A stretch of DNA of 61,802 bases from an uncultured Fibrobacterota bacterium (GCA_963729895.1 CAVSQB010000035.1:1-61802); one strand, 5' to 3'. Shown: positions 21,226-31,763, numbered from the stretch's first letter. Program-made: numbers and translations. Notes: generated from the sequence alone by a model not told the origin.

Positions 21226-22400
21226 GAATCGAGAAACTCGTTCACGGCGGATTCGGACTCAGCCGCTCCGGCGAAGGCGTGGTTTTTGTTTCCGGTGCAC
21301 TCCCCGGCGAGACCGTGCGCGCTGTCTTGACTTCCGGGCATGGCGGCCAGTTCCATGCAACGAGCGTCGAAGTGCTGGAACCTTCAATGTACCGGCAAAA
21401 GCCGGCGTGCGCGCTGGCCGGTATCTGCGGGGGATGCGACTGGCTTCACATCCGCTACGATGCGCAATTATCAATAAAGAGGGAGATCTTTGAGGAATGC
21501 CTTCGCAGAGTCGGAAAGATCGGAGAATTTCCGGAGATCGCCATCCACCCTTCACCCGAATTCGGGTACCGCAGAAGGGTGCAGATCAAGGTGGACCCCT
21601 CCAGAGCGACGGCGGGGTTCTTCAAGAGAAGATCCGCCGAAGTAGTTCCCGTCTCACACTGCCCCCTTTTAAGCGACGAACTCAATGCTTTGCTGGCGCT
21701 GCTTTACCTGCGACCGGAAAAGTTGCCCACGGGCGCACGGGAAATCAAGGCAATTTCCGGAACGTATGCTACGGTCGATTTGGAAAAACGTGAAGTTCCT
21801 CTTGTCGCCACCGCTCCCGTTCTTGCCGGTGTCACGGGAAAGGAAACGATTATCGACGTTGCCTCCCGGAGATTTCTTGTACGCGGCGACGGATTTTTCC
21901 AGTCGAACCTTTTTTTGTGCGGGGAAATCGGCCTTTGCGCATCGGAATGGATAAGCGGACAGACCTTGTGGGATCTTTTCGGCGGAGCAGGATTCTTCTC
22001 AGTGTTCCTGGCGCCGCATTTTGAGTCTGGGACGACGGTTGACGACGAACAATCCTCTGTGTCGGCAGCGTCCGTGAATCTTGCCGCAAACGGCATAAAA
22101 ACGGTGCTGCCCCTGGCCCAGACAGCTGCTGGGTTTCTCCTGGCGGCCAAACGGAACTCCAGAAATGCGGACTGTGTGGTCGTTGATCCTCCGCGGAGCG
22201 GGTTGGATAAGAGTGTCCGTTCGGCTCTTGCGGATATCAAGCCGCCCACCATACTCTCAGTTTCGTGTGATCCGGCTACGCAGGCCCGTGACGCAGGATT
22301 CCTCGTCGCCTCCTGCGGCTACAGGATAGAGAGAGCGGCGCTTTTCGATTTCTATCCCCAAACCCATCACCTTGAAACCATGCTACTTCTCAAACGGTGA
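21210..22400 (+). CDS. RlmD/TrmA-family RNA (uracil-C5)-methyltransferase
   Basis: TRAM-like N-terminus, CGGCDW, FFQSN, DPPRSG, SCDPATQARD, FYPQTHHLE. Confidence 0.9.
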   Translation: MEKILRIEKLVHGGFGLSRSGEGVVFVSGALPGETVRAVLTSGHGGQFHATSVEVLEPSMYRQKPACALAGICGGCDWLHIRYDAQLSIKREIFEECLRRVGKIGEFPEIAIHPSPEFGYRRRVQIKVDPSRATAGFFKRRSAEVVPVSHCPLLSDELNALLALLYLRPEKLPTGAREIKAISGTYATVDLEKREVPLVATAPVLAGVTGKETIIDVASRRFLVRGDGFFQSNLFLCGEIGLCASEWISGQTLWDLFGGAGFFSVFLAPHFESGTTVDDEQSSVSAASVNLAANGIKTVLPLAQTAAGFLLAAKRNSRNADCVVVDPPRSGLDKSVRSALADIKPPTILSVSCDPATQARDAGFLVASCGYRIERAALFDFYPQTHHLETMLLLKR

Positions 22401-22415
22401 AACCTGCTCATTTCC

Positions 22416-22670
22416 TTACCGCTCAGGATTCACCCGTCCAAGATCGCCCGCCTCACTGCCCGCCGATTGCAACCACGCGTACCTCGTGTCGACAGCCTTG
22501 ACATAAGGCAATTGACGTTCCTCCGTCACACGGCCGGAGGGGAAGGAGAGGCCTTCAAGGGTTTGCGAGGCGGCGGAATCATATTTTACCTGATGAACCG
22601 TAAACGCTCCCGGCAGAAAGACCCCGGCAACTATCAGGGTTGCAGCTGCAGCACACAGTAACTTCTTCAT
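22416..22670 (-). CDS. Small exported hypothetical protein
   Basis: MKKLL signal peptide; AAGGGG RBS. Confidence 0.5.
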   Translation of the reverse strand: MKKLLCAAAATLIVAGVFLPGAFTVHQVKYDSAASQTLEGLSFPSGRVTEERQLPYVKAVDTRYAWLQSAGSEAGDLGRVNPER

Positions 22671-23137
22671 AATGCACCCCTTTCTTTAATTGGTCGTGAG
22701 CAACTTCTCAGCAATCAACTACTATAAAGATCAAACTTCGTGCCACAGTATTTCGTTTCGCTGATGCTTGTTCCAAATACGAGGTATAGTCCTGAATCCT
22801 TTTCCGGATATAACGAAAAACAGGACTGCGGTCAAAACCGTCGGCATGGTAGGACAGAGATTTTGAAACTCATGCTAAGCCATTGAAATTGAAGATTCCT
22901 TGCAGCAATAGTTGCAGGAAAAGGCCAACGACACTAACCTGGAACAAAGCTCCGAGGAGCGCACTGGCTGTGGGATTCATGGAAAATGAAGATCTTATCT
23001 CTCCAAAACCCCAATTTTCAGAGTTGACAATGGTGAGCGTAACACCTATATTTTTCCTGTAGCGGTTCAACGTGCGCAGTATATTTTGGAGCAAACGCCG
23101 AAGGCTTTCCAATGCTCCTTTGCATTGCACAAAATTA

Positions 23138-24304
23138 ATGCCCACAATCATCCTAAAGAATCTCATAGTAGCTGCGTCACTCAGCATGGGAATTCTATCA
23201 TTAAGCTGCAACAACGCAAAAATTTCCAATCCTCCGCAAGTTTTCAATCAAAGTATCTCACCTCATCTAAACGACAGCAATCTTACCCAACAGTTACTGA
23301 ACCTAACCGGTAATGTTAGAGTGAAACTGGTTTGGCTGCAATCCCAACTAATCAGTGATGACACAACAAGTTACGTTGAAAATGTTGAGAATTATCTGTT
23401 CAATTTCCCGGGGTCACAGCTTGTTAAATTCGATACGGACAGCGGAGCAGGCCGAGTGCTTGACTCCTCTTTTACCTCGCGGGGAACTCCTCTTATTTCC
23501 AGAGACGGAGCACAAGTTCTTTGGAGCGATCTCGAACAACAAGCTCTCTACAAAATAAACTGGGACGGCACCGGCAGGAAAATCCTGCTGCAAGGGAATT
23601 TCTACTTGATTGTCTGCACTCAATGGGACAATGTTTCCAAGACCGAGTGGCTCTATGTTTCAAATCTTACCTCATTCGGAAATCACATGCCTGAGGGTGA
23701 CACTATTTACAGGTATCCGTTCGATGGCGAGAATCTGGATGTCGGAAAACGAGAGTTGATGTCCAGCAAAGCATACACTACGCCCTGGACGGTAAGCGGC
23801 GATGGAAAGTACGCGGGCGGAGATATTGACTGGCCAAAGGCTTGTATTGAAGCTCTTCCCGATGGAACAATGTATGTCCTTGGCGACAGCACCGTGGCCA
23901 ACTGCCACTCCCAAATCGCACCGGATACCAGTTACCTTTTTTTCAATTTGATGTTTGATCACAGCAATGCCCATCTTTACCGGTTTACAACATTTCTGAA
24001 CGTTACAAGCCTTATTAACATGCCCGGCAACTCAAAATCTTGGGACTGCTGCTGCCCCCGATGGACAAACAACAGCCGGTATTTGACCGGAGGATATCCT
24101 TATGTTACGGCATACTTCTACAACCCTCCACTTCCGGATCCAAAGACCCTTGCCCCCGGAGCATCGGGAGAATTCTGTTTCGGCGGATTCAATCAGGATC
24201 TTACCGCGATAACGTGGGTCAGGATAACCGATATGGACAAAAGATTTAGAAAACTTGTCGGCGATGGTTGGATGGCCAACGGTGAAGGGCCAAATAAATT
24301 ATGA
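23138..24304 (+). CDS. Hypothetical lipoprotein (beta-propeller-like)
   Basis: Lipobox LSLSC; motif order resembles the middle domain of the 7331-10450 protein. Confidence 0.65.
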   Translation: MPTIILKNLIVAASLSMGILSLSCNNAKISNPPQVFNQSISPHLNDSNLTQQLLNLTGNVRVKLVWLQSQLISDDTTSYVENVENYLFNFPGSQLVKFDTDSGAGRVLDSSFTSRGTPLISRDGAQVLWSDLEQQALYKINWDGTGRKILLQGNFYLIVCTQWDNVSKTEWLYVSNLTSFGNHMPEGDTIYRYPFDGENLDVGKRELMSSKAYTTPWTVSGDGKYAGGDIDWPKACIEALPDGTMYVLGDSTVANCHSQIAPDTSYLFFNLMFDHSNAHLYRFTTFLNVTSLINMPGNSKSWDCCCPRWTNNSRYLTGGYPYVTAYFYNPPLPDPKTLAPGASGEFCFGGFNQDLTAITWVRITDMDKRFRKLVGDGWMANGEGPNKL

Positions 24305-24714
24305 AATGGCTTGGGGCTGCATTGTGCCTTATTTCCTGCTGCGGCAATCCGGTGGTTCCTCATCAAACTCCGACGCACGGCTTGACTCTGGTGGCGCCTC
24401 AAGGCGGCGCCACCTTCTATGTCGGCGACAGCATGAAGATACAATGGACAATCGATACCGCCATCTCCGGGCTTGAGTTTGAATTTTCGCCTGATTCGGC
24501 CGGATATTTCCCATTCGCTTTTGTGGCAGATACGTTTACTCTTACCGGCGCTGGAAACATTAAGACAATTTCATGGAAGATTCCGGACTCGGTCTTGGTT
24601 GGAAACAATGTGGAAACGAGCTCGGTCACGGATTCCGGCGTGATCATGATCCGTGATTATTTTGCTTACAGCATCTATTGCGTCTCCGATCGTTTTCATG
24701 TCAAAAAGAGATAG
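24301..24714 (+). CDS. Hypothetical lipoprotein with Ig-like domain
   Basis: Lipobox ISCC; PQGG.TF.VGDSMKIQW motif; ATGA overlap with the upstream gene. Confidence 0.65.
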   Translation: MKWLGAALCLISCCGNPVVPHQTPTHGLTLVAPQGGATFYVGDSMKIQWTIDTAISGLEFEFSPDSAGYFPFAFVADTFTLTGAGNIKTISWKIPDSVLVGNNVETSSVTDSGVIMIRDYFAYSIYCVSDRFHVKKR

Positions 24715-24725
24715 TGCATTTTGGT

Positions 24726-25781
24726 ATGGAAGCACCTGCAAAGAAATTCGGAAATTCCCCGCTGTTTTTAGGCGTGCTTTTTCTCATGTTCATGACCATG
24801 TGTTTTTCGCTGGGCTATCCGGTATTGAACCGGTATGATCCCAGAACGATTGAAGGGGTCGGGTGTGATGCAACGGAATATTACAAGATGGCGGAATTCA
24901 AATATACTGAAGCAGACGCCCCGTTCAGGTTCCGTGTACTCATACCGACCCTTGCCGGCCTTGTTTTTCCCGTGGTTTCGCGGCTCTGTCCCCACTCGTG
25001 GAACCCGATGTTCCTCTCCTTGCTCTTTGTGAATGCATTGTTCTTGTCCTCCACGGCTCTTTTTCTTTTGTTTCTCGCCTTGCATTTGAAACTCGGAACA
25101 ACCGCGAGCATCCTTGCTCCCTTTCTCTTCCTGACGGGATTCCCTATTGCCAATGGACATCTTTCGGGACTTGTTGATGCGGGCGAAGCGTTCTTCATCA
25201 TGGCGCTCATCGCGTGTGTTGCAAAACGAAAGTGGCTGTATTGTCCGGGTATCATACTGGTCTCCTCACTGGCCAAAGAGACCACGGTTCTCTTCGGATC
25301 AACGTTTCTCTTTGTATCCTGGCTGGCAGACTTTGCCGCCGCAAAAAACAAGGATTACCGTCCTGTACCGTTCATAGGGTTGTCCATTCTTGCGGCGGCG
25401 ATTTCCGTTCCCCTGATCAGGGCCCTGGTGGGCGGCGAACCGTATGCCGTTCACACGTTCAATGGTGAGCAACTGCATTACCTTTTTCCTAATCTGGCCA
25501 TCATCTTTACCGCGGGAACAATGCTCTACACGTTCATTTTCCTGCTTCCGGCCGGGCTGCGCCATGCTTTCAGGATGCCCGGCTGGTTTCTCTACGGATC
25601 ACTTGCAATGGGCGTGGTGGCTGTCCTCTGCGGCGCGTACGCAAAAATTGGGGGAAATTTGTACCGGCCCCTGTTTGATACCATTGGCCCTCTCTTTTGC
25701 ATTTCTGCGGCGCGTACGGTCGGGCGCATTATTTCTTTTTTCAATGAACGCCGGGGCGGGGAAAACAGTCCCGAAGATTGA
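24726..25781 (+). CDS. Multi-pass membrane protein (GT-C-like)
   Basis: About 9-10 hydrophobic segments; D..EY, PFRFRVL.P and LAKET motifs. Confidence 0.65.
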   Translation: MEAPAKKFGNSPLFLGVLFLMFMTMCFSLGYPVLNRYDPRTIEGVGCDATEYYKMAEFKYTEADAPFRFRVLIPTLAGLVFPVVSRLCPHSWNPMFLSLLFVNALFLSSTALFLLFLALHLKLGTTASILAPFLFLTGFPIANGHLSGLVDAGEAFFIMALIACVAKRKWLYCPGIILVSSLAKETTVLFGSTFLFVSWLADFAAAKNKDYRPVPFIGLSILAAAISVPLIRALVGGEPYAVHTFNGEQLHYLFPNLAIIFTAGTMLYTFIFLLPAGLRHAFRMPGWFLYGSLAMGVVAVLCGAYAKIGGNLYRPLFDTIGPLFCISAARTVGRIISFFNERRGGENSPED

Positions 25782-25793
25782 CGGCGCTTCGCC

Positions 25794-26195
25794 ATGAACA
25801 CGGTTGTCATAAGCGCAGGATCGAACATGGATCCCCTTGCAAATCTCGACAAGGCGGAGGATCTCTTGAAGGAACAACTGCGCATTCTCGCGTGTGCAAA
25901 ACGCCTTACTACCGGTCCCCTAGGATTCTTGGACCAACCGGATTTTGTCAATACCGCGTTTCTCGCGGAAACGGATCTCGACGCGGCGTCGCTCAAATCG
26001 TTTTTAAGGGGTGTTGAGGACCGGCTCGGCAGGGTCCGGGGCCCAAACAAGTACGGTCCGCGGACCATCGATCTTGACATAGCAGTATTCAACGGCGAAA
26101 TTGTGGACCACGACGTGGTTGAAAGGGACTTTTTGAGGGAATTGGTTCTCGAGGTCGCGCCGGAACTGAAGGGAAGTCTGTTTCAACGGTCCTAG
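25794..26195 (+). CDS. folK: 2-amino-4-hydroxy-6-hydroxymethyldihydropteridine diphosphokinase
   Basis: GSNM, QPDFVN, E.RLGR.R..KYGPRTIDLDI. Confidence 0.92.
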   Translation: MNTVVISAGSNMDPLANLDKAEDLLKEQLRILACAKRLTTGPLGFLDQPDFVNTAFLAETDLDAASLKSFLRGVEDRLGRVRGPNKYGPRTIDLDIAVFNGEIVDHDVVERDFLRELVLEVAPELKGSLFQRS

Positions 26196-26292
26196 CTTGC
26201 ATTTCGATCCTTTGGCTTCCAGCCAGCCCGAAAATATCTATTTTATGCATCCGCTAACCCCATACGGGCAAACTAGAAAAGGACCCTTTGTC

Positions 26293-27033
26293 ATGGAACA
26301 CAATCCCAAAGATCAGACGCTGGTGCTCATCAAGCCCGACGCACTCAAAAATTCTCTCACGGGTTATGTCTTGTCCCTTCTGTCGGAGTTCCATACCGGC
26401 CTGCGCTTCGCCGGTGTGAAGGTTGTGCACGTCAACCGGATGCTCGCGGAAGAACATTATGCAGAGCACCGGGGCAAGGTGTTCTATCCCTCGCTCATAG
26501 AGTACATAACCGGCCGCCTTCACTATTCCGAAGATGGGTGGAAACGACGGGTGATTGCGCTCGTGTACCAGGGCGCAGATGCCATTCGAAAAATACGCGA
26601 AATCGCCGGGCCCACCAACCCGTTGAGCGCACGCGAGAAGAAGCCGGGCTGCATCCGGTCTCTTGGAACCATGGCCCCCATCAAAGACGAATCGGGGCAG
26701 GTGATCGGCGAGCGCATGGACAACCTCATCCATGCTTCGGCGAACGAAGCCGACGCCGAGCGCGAAATAAAACTATGGTTTAAGCCCAACGACGTTCCGC
26801 CGGCCATGCAGCCCTATGCCACGAGCGAAAGCGACGAGCATTATTATTACAAGGCCGGCAAGCTCTTTACCACCCATGAACCGGGCAGCGCCTGTTTGCT
26901 CGCGCCGGGCGATATCGCCTGGAAATCGGATCTCGACACGCTGCGGTTGCTTTGCCAAGGCCGGAAATCGGCGTGCCCGCTGGAGGCCGTTGTTGCGAAA
27001 TACTTGATTAATGAGGAATGGGAAAAAGAGTAG
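26293..27033 (+). CDS. ndk: Nucleoside-diphosphate kinase with C-terminal extension
   Basis: TLVLIKPDA, HYAEH.GK.F, GPTNP, NLIHAS (catalytic His), EREIKLWF. Confidence 0.88.
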   Translation: MEHNPKDQTLVLIKPDALKNSLTGYVLSLLSEFHTGLRFAGVKVVHVNRMLAEEHYAEHRGKVFYPSLIEYITGRLHYSEDGWKRRVIALVYQGADAIRKIREIAGPTNPLSAREKKPGCIRSLGTMAPIKDESGQVIGERMDNLIHASANEADAEREIKLWFKPNDVPPAMQPYATSESDEHYYYKAGKLFTTHEPGSACLLAPGDIAWKSDLDTLRLLCQGRKSACPLEAVVAKYLINEEWEKE

Positions 27034-27325
27034 GCGGAAGCCTGCCCCTATTCCCCGTCGCCGCTCTTGTCGACTACGAGCTTCTTGAGGTTTCGGAACC
27101 GCGTGCTTCGTATGGGTAGTTTTATTTTGCATCTGCGGGCAAGACCGATATTCTCGGATTTGCCGATGTTGAAGACCACTATCTATATTAGTCCCCGAAA
27201 AAGGTCAAGCTGCGGATTGCGAAACCCGGAAGACGGAGGTCTCGCAAGTACATTTTTATGATGAAGGCCCGAAAGACATTTTTTCCTACTATCATCACAA
27301 AACCTTTTCAGGAGAGGAACCCTTT

Positions 27326-28663
27326 ATGGTCAAGAAACTTTGTTCTGTAACACTGTTTTCCATCTTGGCAATGTTTTCCGTTTCATCATCCCAAATTATC
27401 CTGCCGCCGATCATCATACTGCCGGATGGCTCGGTTGCAGGTACCATATCCGACAGCTTGACCGGAGCGCCAATCCAAGGCGCCAAAGTAATGCTGCTGC
27501 ATAATCAATGGACGGCTCTGGCGAAATCCGCGGCTTCTTCGATAATCATCCTCGGCCATTGGACTGCGACCCCTGTCGATAGCGCACTGTCGGATGCAAA
27601 CGGCAATTACTCCTTTCCGAATGTCGACACGCTGACGCAGTCGACGTCCGCCACGGCTCCCTACTATTCAATCATGGCCACGGCCGCGACGTACGACAGC
27701 GCGACCAGCAATCCGTTCGGCGTTGCCATCCATACTACAACCACCGTAAACCTCAGGCTTCTTACAACAAGCGTTGCCACCACCACAATCGCCGGAACGA
27801 TCTTCGACAGCCTGACGCTTACGCCCGTCAATCAGGCAATGATCAAATTGATCGGTGAGAAGACAATAATCATCATCAATCCGACAAACGGATTGGCGAA
27901 AACATCTGCCGTGATCATTGACACCCTCGATTCGACACGGACAAACGCCTATGGCAAATACGAGTTCACCACTATCGCTGCGGGTTCCTATCAGATAGTA
28001 GCAACCGGAGACCGTTACGATACAACGGTAACGCCCTTTTTCTCAGTTACTGCGGCCAGCCTGACTGAAAAGGACACACTGTTGGCTCCCACAGGCGGCG
28101 CGATTGAAGGCACCGTGATCGACAGCATCTCAAAGAACGCAGTTGCGGGCGCAACTATCGTGCTCATCAAAAACTATCATTGCGGGTCCGTTTGCCTTCC
28201 CGTACTGCCGGTTCGTGTGGACTCCACCGTAAGCGACGCCTCCGGGAAATTCACGCTTGCTAATGAAGAAGCTTTAACTGTGCCGATCGTCTTGACTAAG
28301 AAGTCAGCCGTAATTCCAACCTCCTATTATTATTACACTTTGTCGGTTTCGGCGAGTGGCTATGGTCCGGTTGCACCTGAGGTGGGAGTGATCAGTAAAA
28401 GCATTACGGATGTGTCGGTCAGCCTTCTTTCTTCGACCGCTGTTCGCCGGTCCATCGCAGGATTGGCATCCCCGGCCGCCGGCACCGTCGTGACCAAAGT
28501 GGTACTCTACGATGTTGCCGGAAGAATTGTTTATTCAAGTTCCGGGAAAACCGCCCCGGCGGCCGGGCGGATTCCTTTGTCAATGATGGCCAGAGGCAGA
28601 ACGTATGTCGCCGAAATCACCACAGCAGCCGGTGTTTCGCGGAAATTGATCTGCAACCCCTGA
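27326..28663 (+). CDS. Secreted protein with three carboxypeptidase-regulatory-like domains and a T9SS-like C-terminal domain
   Basis: Three 'G.I.DS.T..P...A.V.L...DS..SD..G.Y' repeats; C-terminal LYDVAGRIV. Confidence 0.75.
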   Translation: MVKKLCSVTLFSILAMFSVSSSQIILPPIIILPDGSVAGTISDSLTGAPIQGAKVMLLHNQWTALAKSAASSIIILGHWTATPVDSALSDANGNYSFPNVDTLTQSTSATAPYYSIMATAATYDSATSNPFGVAIHTTTTVNLRLLTTSVATTTIAGTIFDSLTLTPVNQAMIKLIGEKTIIIINPTNGLAKTSAVIIDTLDSTRTNAYGKYEFTTIAAGSYQIVATGDRYDTTVTPFFSVTAASLTEKDTLLAPTGGAIEGTVIDSISKNAVAGATIVLIKNYHCGSVCLPVLPVRVDSTVSDASGKFTLANEEALTVPIVLTKKSAVIPTSYYYYTLSVSASGYGPVAPEVGVISKSITDVSVSLLSSTAVRRSIAGLASPAAGTVVTKVVLYDVAGRIVYSSSGKTAPAAGRIPLSMMARGRTYVAEITTAAGVSRKLICNP

Positions 28664-28670
28664 AGCAAAA

Positions 28671-28706
28671 AACAGACAAGGCATCCTTTGGGATGCCTTG
28701 TCTGTT
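28671..28706. terminator. Bidirectional intrinsic terminator
   Basis: Perfect hairpin AACAGACAAGGCATCC-TTTG-GGATGCCTTGTCTGTT between convergent genes, preceded by an A-run. Confidence 0.85.
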
Positions 28707-28725
28707 CGATCCGTGCGGAGCGGAA

Positions 28726-31557
28726 CTACCGTACCAGAAGAACCTGCCTGACAAAATGTCCGCCATTCACGTCAAGACGGACAAACAAAATTCCGTCGCT
28801 CTTGGTATCGCGGTTGCCGAGGGTTCCGTTGATCGCGATCGGATGCCAACCGGCCTCGACCCTCGCATTGGCCGTCCGTTCCAGGATTCTTCCTCTTGCG
28901 TCAAGAATCTCCATGGAAACCACTGAAGGATTGCTTATGTAATACCGCACCACGCCGTTGATTGTCCGAATGTCGAGCGCAGGCATGAGGGAAGCCGCCG
29001 TCGTGCGCAACGTCGGTTTAACCGTGCCTACTATTCCGTTGTTCGGCACCGGAACCACGGTGAACGATGCTGTGCCGTTGCCGAGTCCGGGCGAGGTTGC
29101 CGTGACAGTCACCACGCCGGGCGTGAACGTCGAGCGCACCGCAACCTTGCACATGCCGCCTTCCGCTAAAAGATTCGGGTCAAGGGGCGAATGATATCCC
29201 AGAGGTTGGCCGGTGGTCACGAACTGGTCAGAGCCTCCGCGATAATTGCCGGGGCCGGAAACGGCGAACGTTACAATGTTATTCGCGGTAGGACACAGGT
29301 TGCCGTTGGCGTCAACAACCTTGGCCAGGATCAAAGCGGCGTCAGTGGCATTGGCAGTAATGTTGAATACTTCACCGTTCGGCTTCACAATGGGCGTGTC
29401 TGCAACCAAAACGACGTGGTCCGGAGCGCCCGCCGTTATTTTCTCGTCAGAACAGACCACATTTCCGGCAGAATCAAGGCCTTGGGCGAGCAGCGTTCCT
29501 GCAGCCCATGCCACGTCCCAATGGCATTGGAACGGCATCTCGGTCGGATAGTTAGGAGGTTGGGTCGTAAAGTCGTTCTGACCAGACACGCCGGAATCCG
29601 AGTTGGGCTTCTGGTTTCCAAGATCCGTGCCGTTGAGCCTGAGTTTAACCATGGGACAATTGCTGAACACATTGACCCGCGCGGTGCCTGTACGGTTCCA
29701 ATGATGGGCAATAAAGACCACGGGTTTGACTGAAAAAGGCAACCAGGCCGCCGAATATATTTTGTATAGCATCTTTGGAATACGGTTGAAATCCATCATC
29801 GAAGATCCGAACGACCGTGGGGTGCCGCCCTCCGAGAAAGTCCCCTCTTCACCAGGTGTCTCAGCCAGATACCACTGACATAGACCAAACGGGTGAGTGG
29901 TGTTTGTTATGTCCGCCGACCAGTTTCGCAGGAATTCCGCGGAAAAATATATCTCCCAGTCATACGCAAACCTCGAAGACTGCCTGCCCCATGATTCCGC
30001 GCCCCACCAGGGGCACTGCGGATGAAACGGTTTCTGTTGCGCGTCACAGCCGGTCAAAGTGCATGCGATCAAATCGCCGACCACATATCCCGGACCGCCC
30101 CTGCAAGACTGGGCCCTTGGAGCAAGAGAGTCCCATGTAGTGGAAACCGCCCTTGTTAAATCGGCAAAGGCAGGATCAATGTCCCCGTTGCTTGCTTCCC
30201 AGGCAAGAATGGAAGGATTGTTCCTGTCCCGTACGACCATGTCCCTATGCAACTCCAGCTTGAGGCCTTTCGTGTAAGCTGAGGCGTTCGCACCGGTGGA
30301 GAATGCACCCTCGCCTTCGCCGCTGGGCTGGATGAGCATGACTCCATAAGCGTCGCAGGCCGCAACAAATCCCGGGCTGCACGATGAATGCCCGGGCCTC
30401 CAGAGCCTGCCGCCGGCGTCCGCCAGTATTTTCGCGTCGCGGTATTCGACCTCAGGAGGCAATGCCGTGCCGAGTGCGGGATAGTCGTAGCGCGAGGCAG
30501 CGCCCCACAGCAAATGCTTGTGTCCGTTGATATAGGGGAAATCGGAGTCCCACGTGATCGTGCGTATTCCCAAAGGCGTTTGGGCAACGTCGAGCGTTGT
30601 GCCGCCGACCTTGACTATGTGGTACACCGTGTACATGTACGGCGTGCCAAAGGTGCTGGCGTTCGGATACCACAGGTGCGGGTTGGCGATGGTGCTGGTC
30701 TGGTTGAAAATGTAATTGGAGCCTGCAGTGATGGACTGGGTCTGGTCCTGGGTCCAGACCACGTTGTTGGCGGCGTCCACGATCTTGGTGGTAAGCGTGA
30801 CGGCAGCCGCACCGGTGCCGTCGTTCTCAACGTTTGTGAGGATGCGCACCGTGGCGGAAGCGTCGGATGCCGCCGTGGTGGCCACGTAGGTTCCCCATTT
30901 TTGAAGAACGGAATAGACGTTCATCGGTATATGGACATTATCGGTAATATGCATCCATACCGGTCGAAACACACCGCCGTCTGCCTGACCGAAGCGGAAC
31001 CCGAGGGAAAAACCGGGGTCTGCATAGGTTGCTCCATTCTTGCTGAGACGCACGGCGAGAACGTTGTCCGCGCCGCCGAATTGCACGTACGGAGTTGCGT
31101 CTATAACGAATCCTATAAACCCGATCACGTGGGTGCATTGAGGATTGTATGCGCTGTTGCCGGGAATAAACGTGCCGTTTACATAGACCGAAGCGCCGAC
31201 ATGGGCTCCTTCAAACTCTACAAAGATTTTTCTTCCGGCATAGGCATTATCCAGAGTGAAGTGTTTGCGATACCAGTTTGTACCGCCGTACATGGACCCG
31301 TCGCCACCGCCGCTCGCCTGGTTGATAAAGGTGTCGGTGTCGTTCCAACAATGCGGAATCCCCACGCTTATCCATCCGGCCTCGTTGAATGTTGGCGCCT
31401 GAGCGCCGGCCGGATCGGATTTTGTGAATTTCCAGGGTGTTACACCCATGTTGATTGTCACCCTGTTGCTCGTTTCCCCTGTGTAAGTATCCGCGAAGCC
31501 GGACACGGCAGCCAGCATCGTGACAACCAGCGCCCATCCAAGAATTTTACCTTTCAT
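28726..31557 (-). CDS. Secreted glycoside hydrolase family 2 (beta-galactosidase-like), copy 1
   Basis: WYRKHF, FVEFEG, GG.FRPV, G.RTI.W, RDRNNPSILAWEASN; signal peptide; T9SS-like tail. Confidence 0.88.
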   Translation of the reverse strand: MKGKILGWALVVTMLAAVSGFADTYTGETSNRVTINMGVTPWKFTKSDPAGAQAPTFNEAGWISVGIPHCWNDTDTFINQASGGGDGSMYGGTNWYRKHFTLDNAYAGRKIFVEFEGAHVGASVYVNGTFIPGNSAYNPQCTHVIGFIGFVIDATPYVQFGGADNVLAVRLSKNGATYADPGFSLGFRFGQADGGVFRPVWMHITDNVHIPMNVYSVLQKWGTYVATTAASDASATVRILTNVENDGTGAAAVTLTTKIVDAANNVVWTQDQTQSITAGSNYIFNQTSTIANPHLWYPNASTFGTPYMYTVYHIVKVGGTTLDVAQTPLGIRTITWDSDFPYINGHKHLLWGAASRYDYPALGTALPPEVEYRDAKILADAGGRLWRPGHSSCSPGFVAACDAYGVMLIQPSGEGEGAFSTGANASAYTKGLKLELHRDMVVRDRNNPSILAWEASNGDIDPAFADLTRAVSTTWDSLAPRAQSCRGGPGYVVGDLIACTLTGCDAQQKPFHPQCPWWGAESWGRQSSRFAYDWEIYFSAEFLRNWSADITNTTHPFGLCQWYLAETPGEEGTFSEGGTPRSFGSSMMDFNRIPKMLYKIYSAAWLPFSVKPVVFIAHHWNRTGTARVNVFSNCPMVKLRLNGTDLGNQKPNSDSGVSGQNDFTTQPPNYPTEMPFQCHWDVAWAAGTLLAQGLDSAGNVVCSDEKITAGAPDHVVLVADTPIVKPNGEVFNITANATDAALILAKVVDANGNLCPTANNIVTFAVSGPGNYRGGSDQFVTTGQPLGYHSPLDPNLLAEGGMCKVAVRSTFTPGVVTVTATSPGLGNGTASFTVVPVPNNGIVGTVKPTLRTTAASLMPALDIRTINGVVRYYISNPSVVSMEILDARGRILERTANARVEAGWHPIAINGTLGNRDTKSDGILFVRLDVNGGHFVRQVLLVR

Positions 31558-31610
31558 TGTATTTGCCCCCCTGAGTAGATTCTTTTTTCACAGACCATTT
31601 TAGCATTGAA

Positions 31611-31763
31611 GAACCCCGCCCCAAGTGGCGGGGATTGGCCATGCAGTCGAAGCAAGTTTGCGGCCGCTACTGCGTGGTCTTCCATGCCCAAGGAAAAGAT
31701 ACTTGTGATTCGCCCGCTAACCCCGCGCCAAGTCGCGGGGATTGCGCGGGCTAAGACATTCAA
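31611..31763 (+). mobile_element. Non-autonomous IS200/IS605-type miniature element in the GH2 leader
   Basis: Follows TTGAA and ends in TTCAA; two related hairpins CCCCGCCCCAAGTGGCGGGG and CCCCGCGCCAAGTCGCGGGG; absent from the paralogous leader near 42510. Confidence 0.7.
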
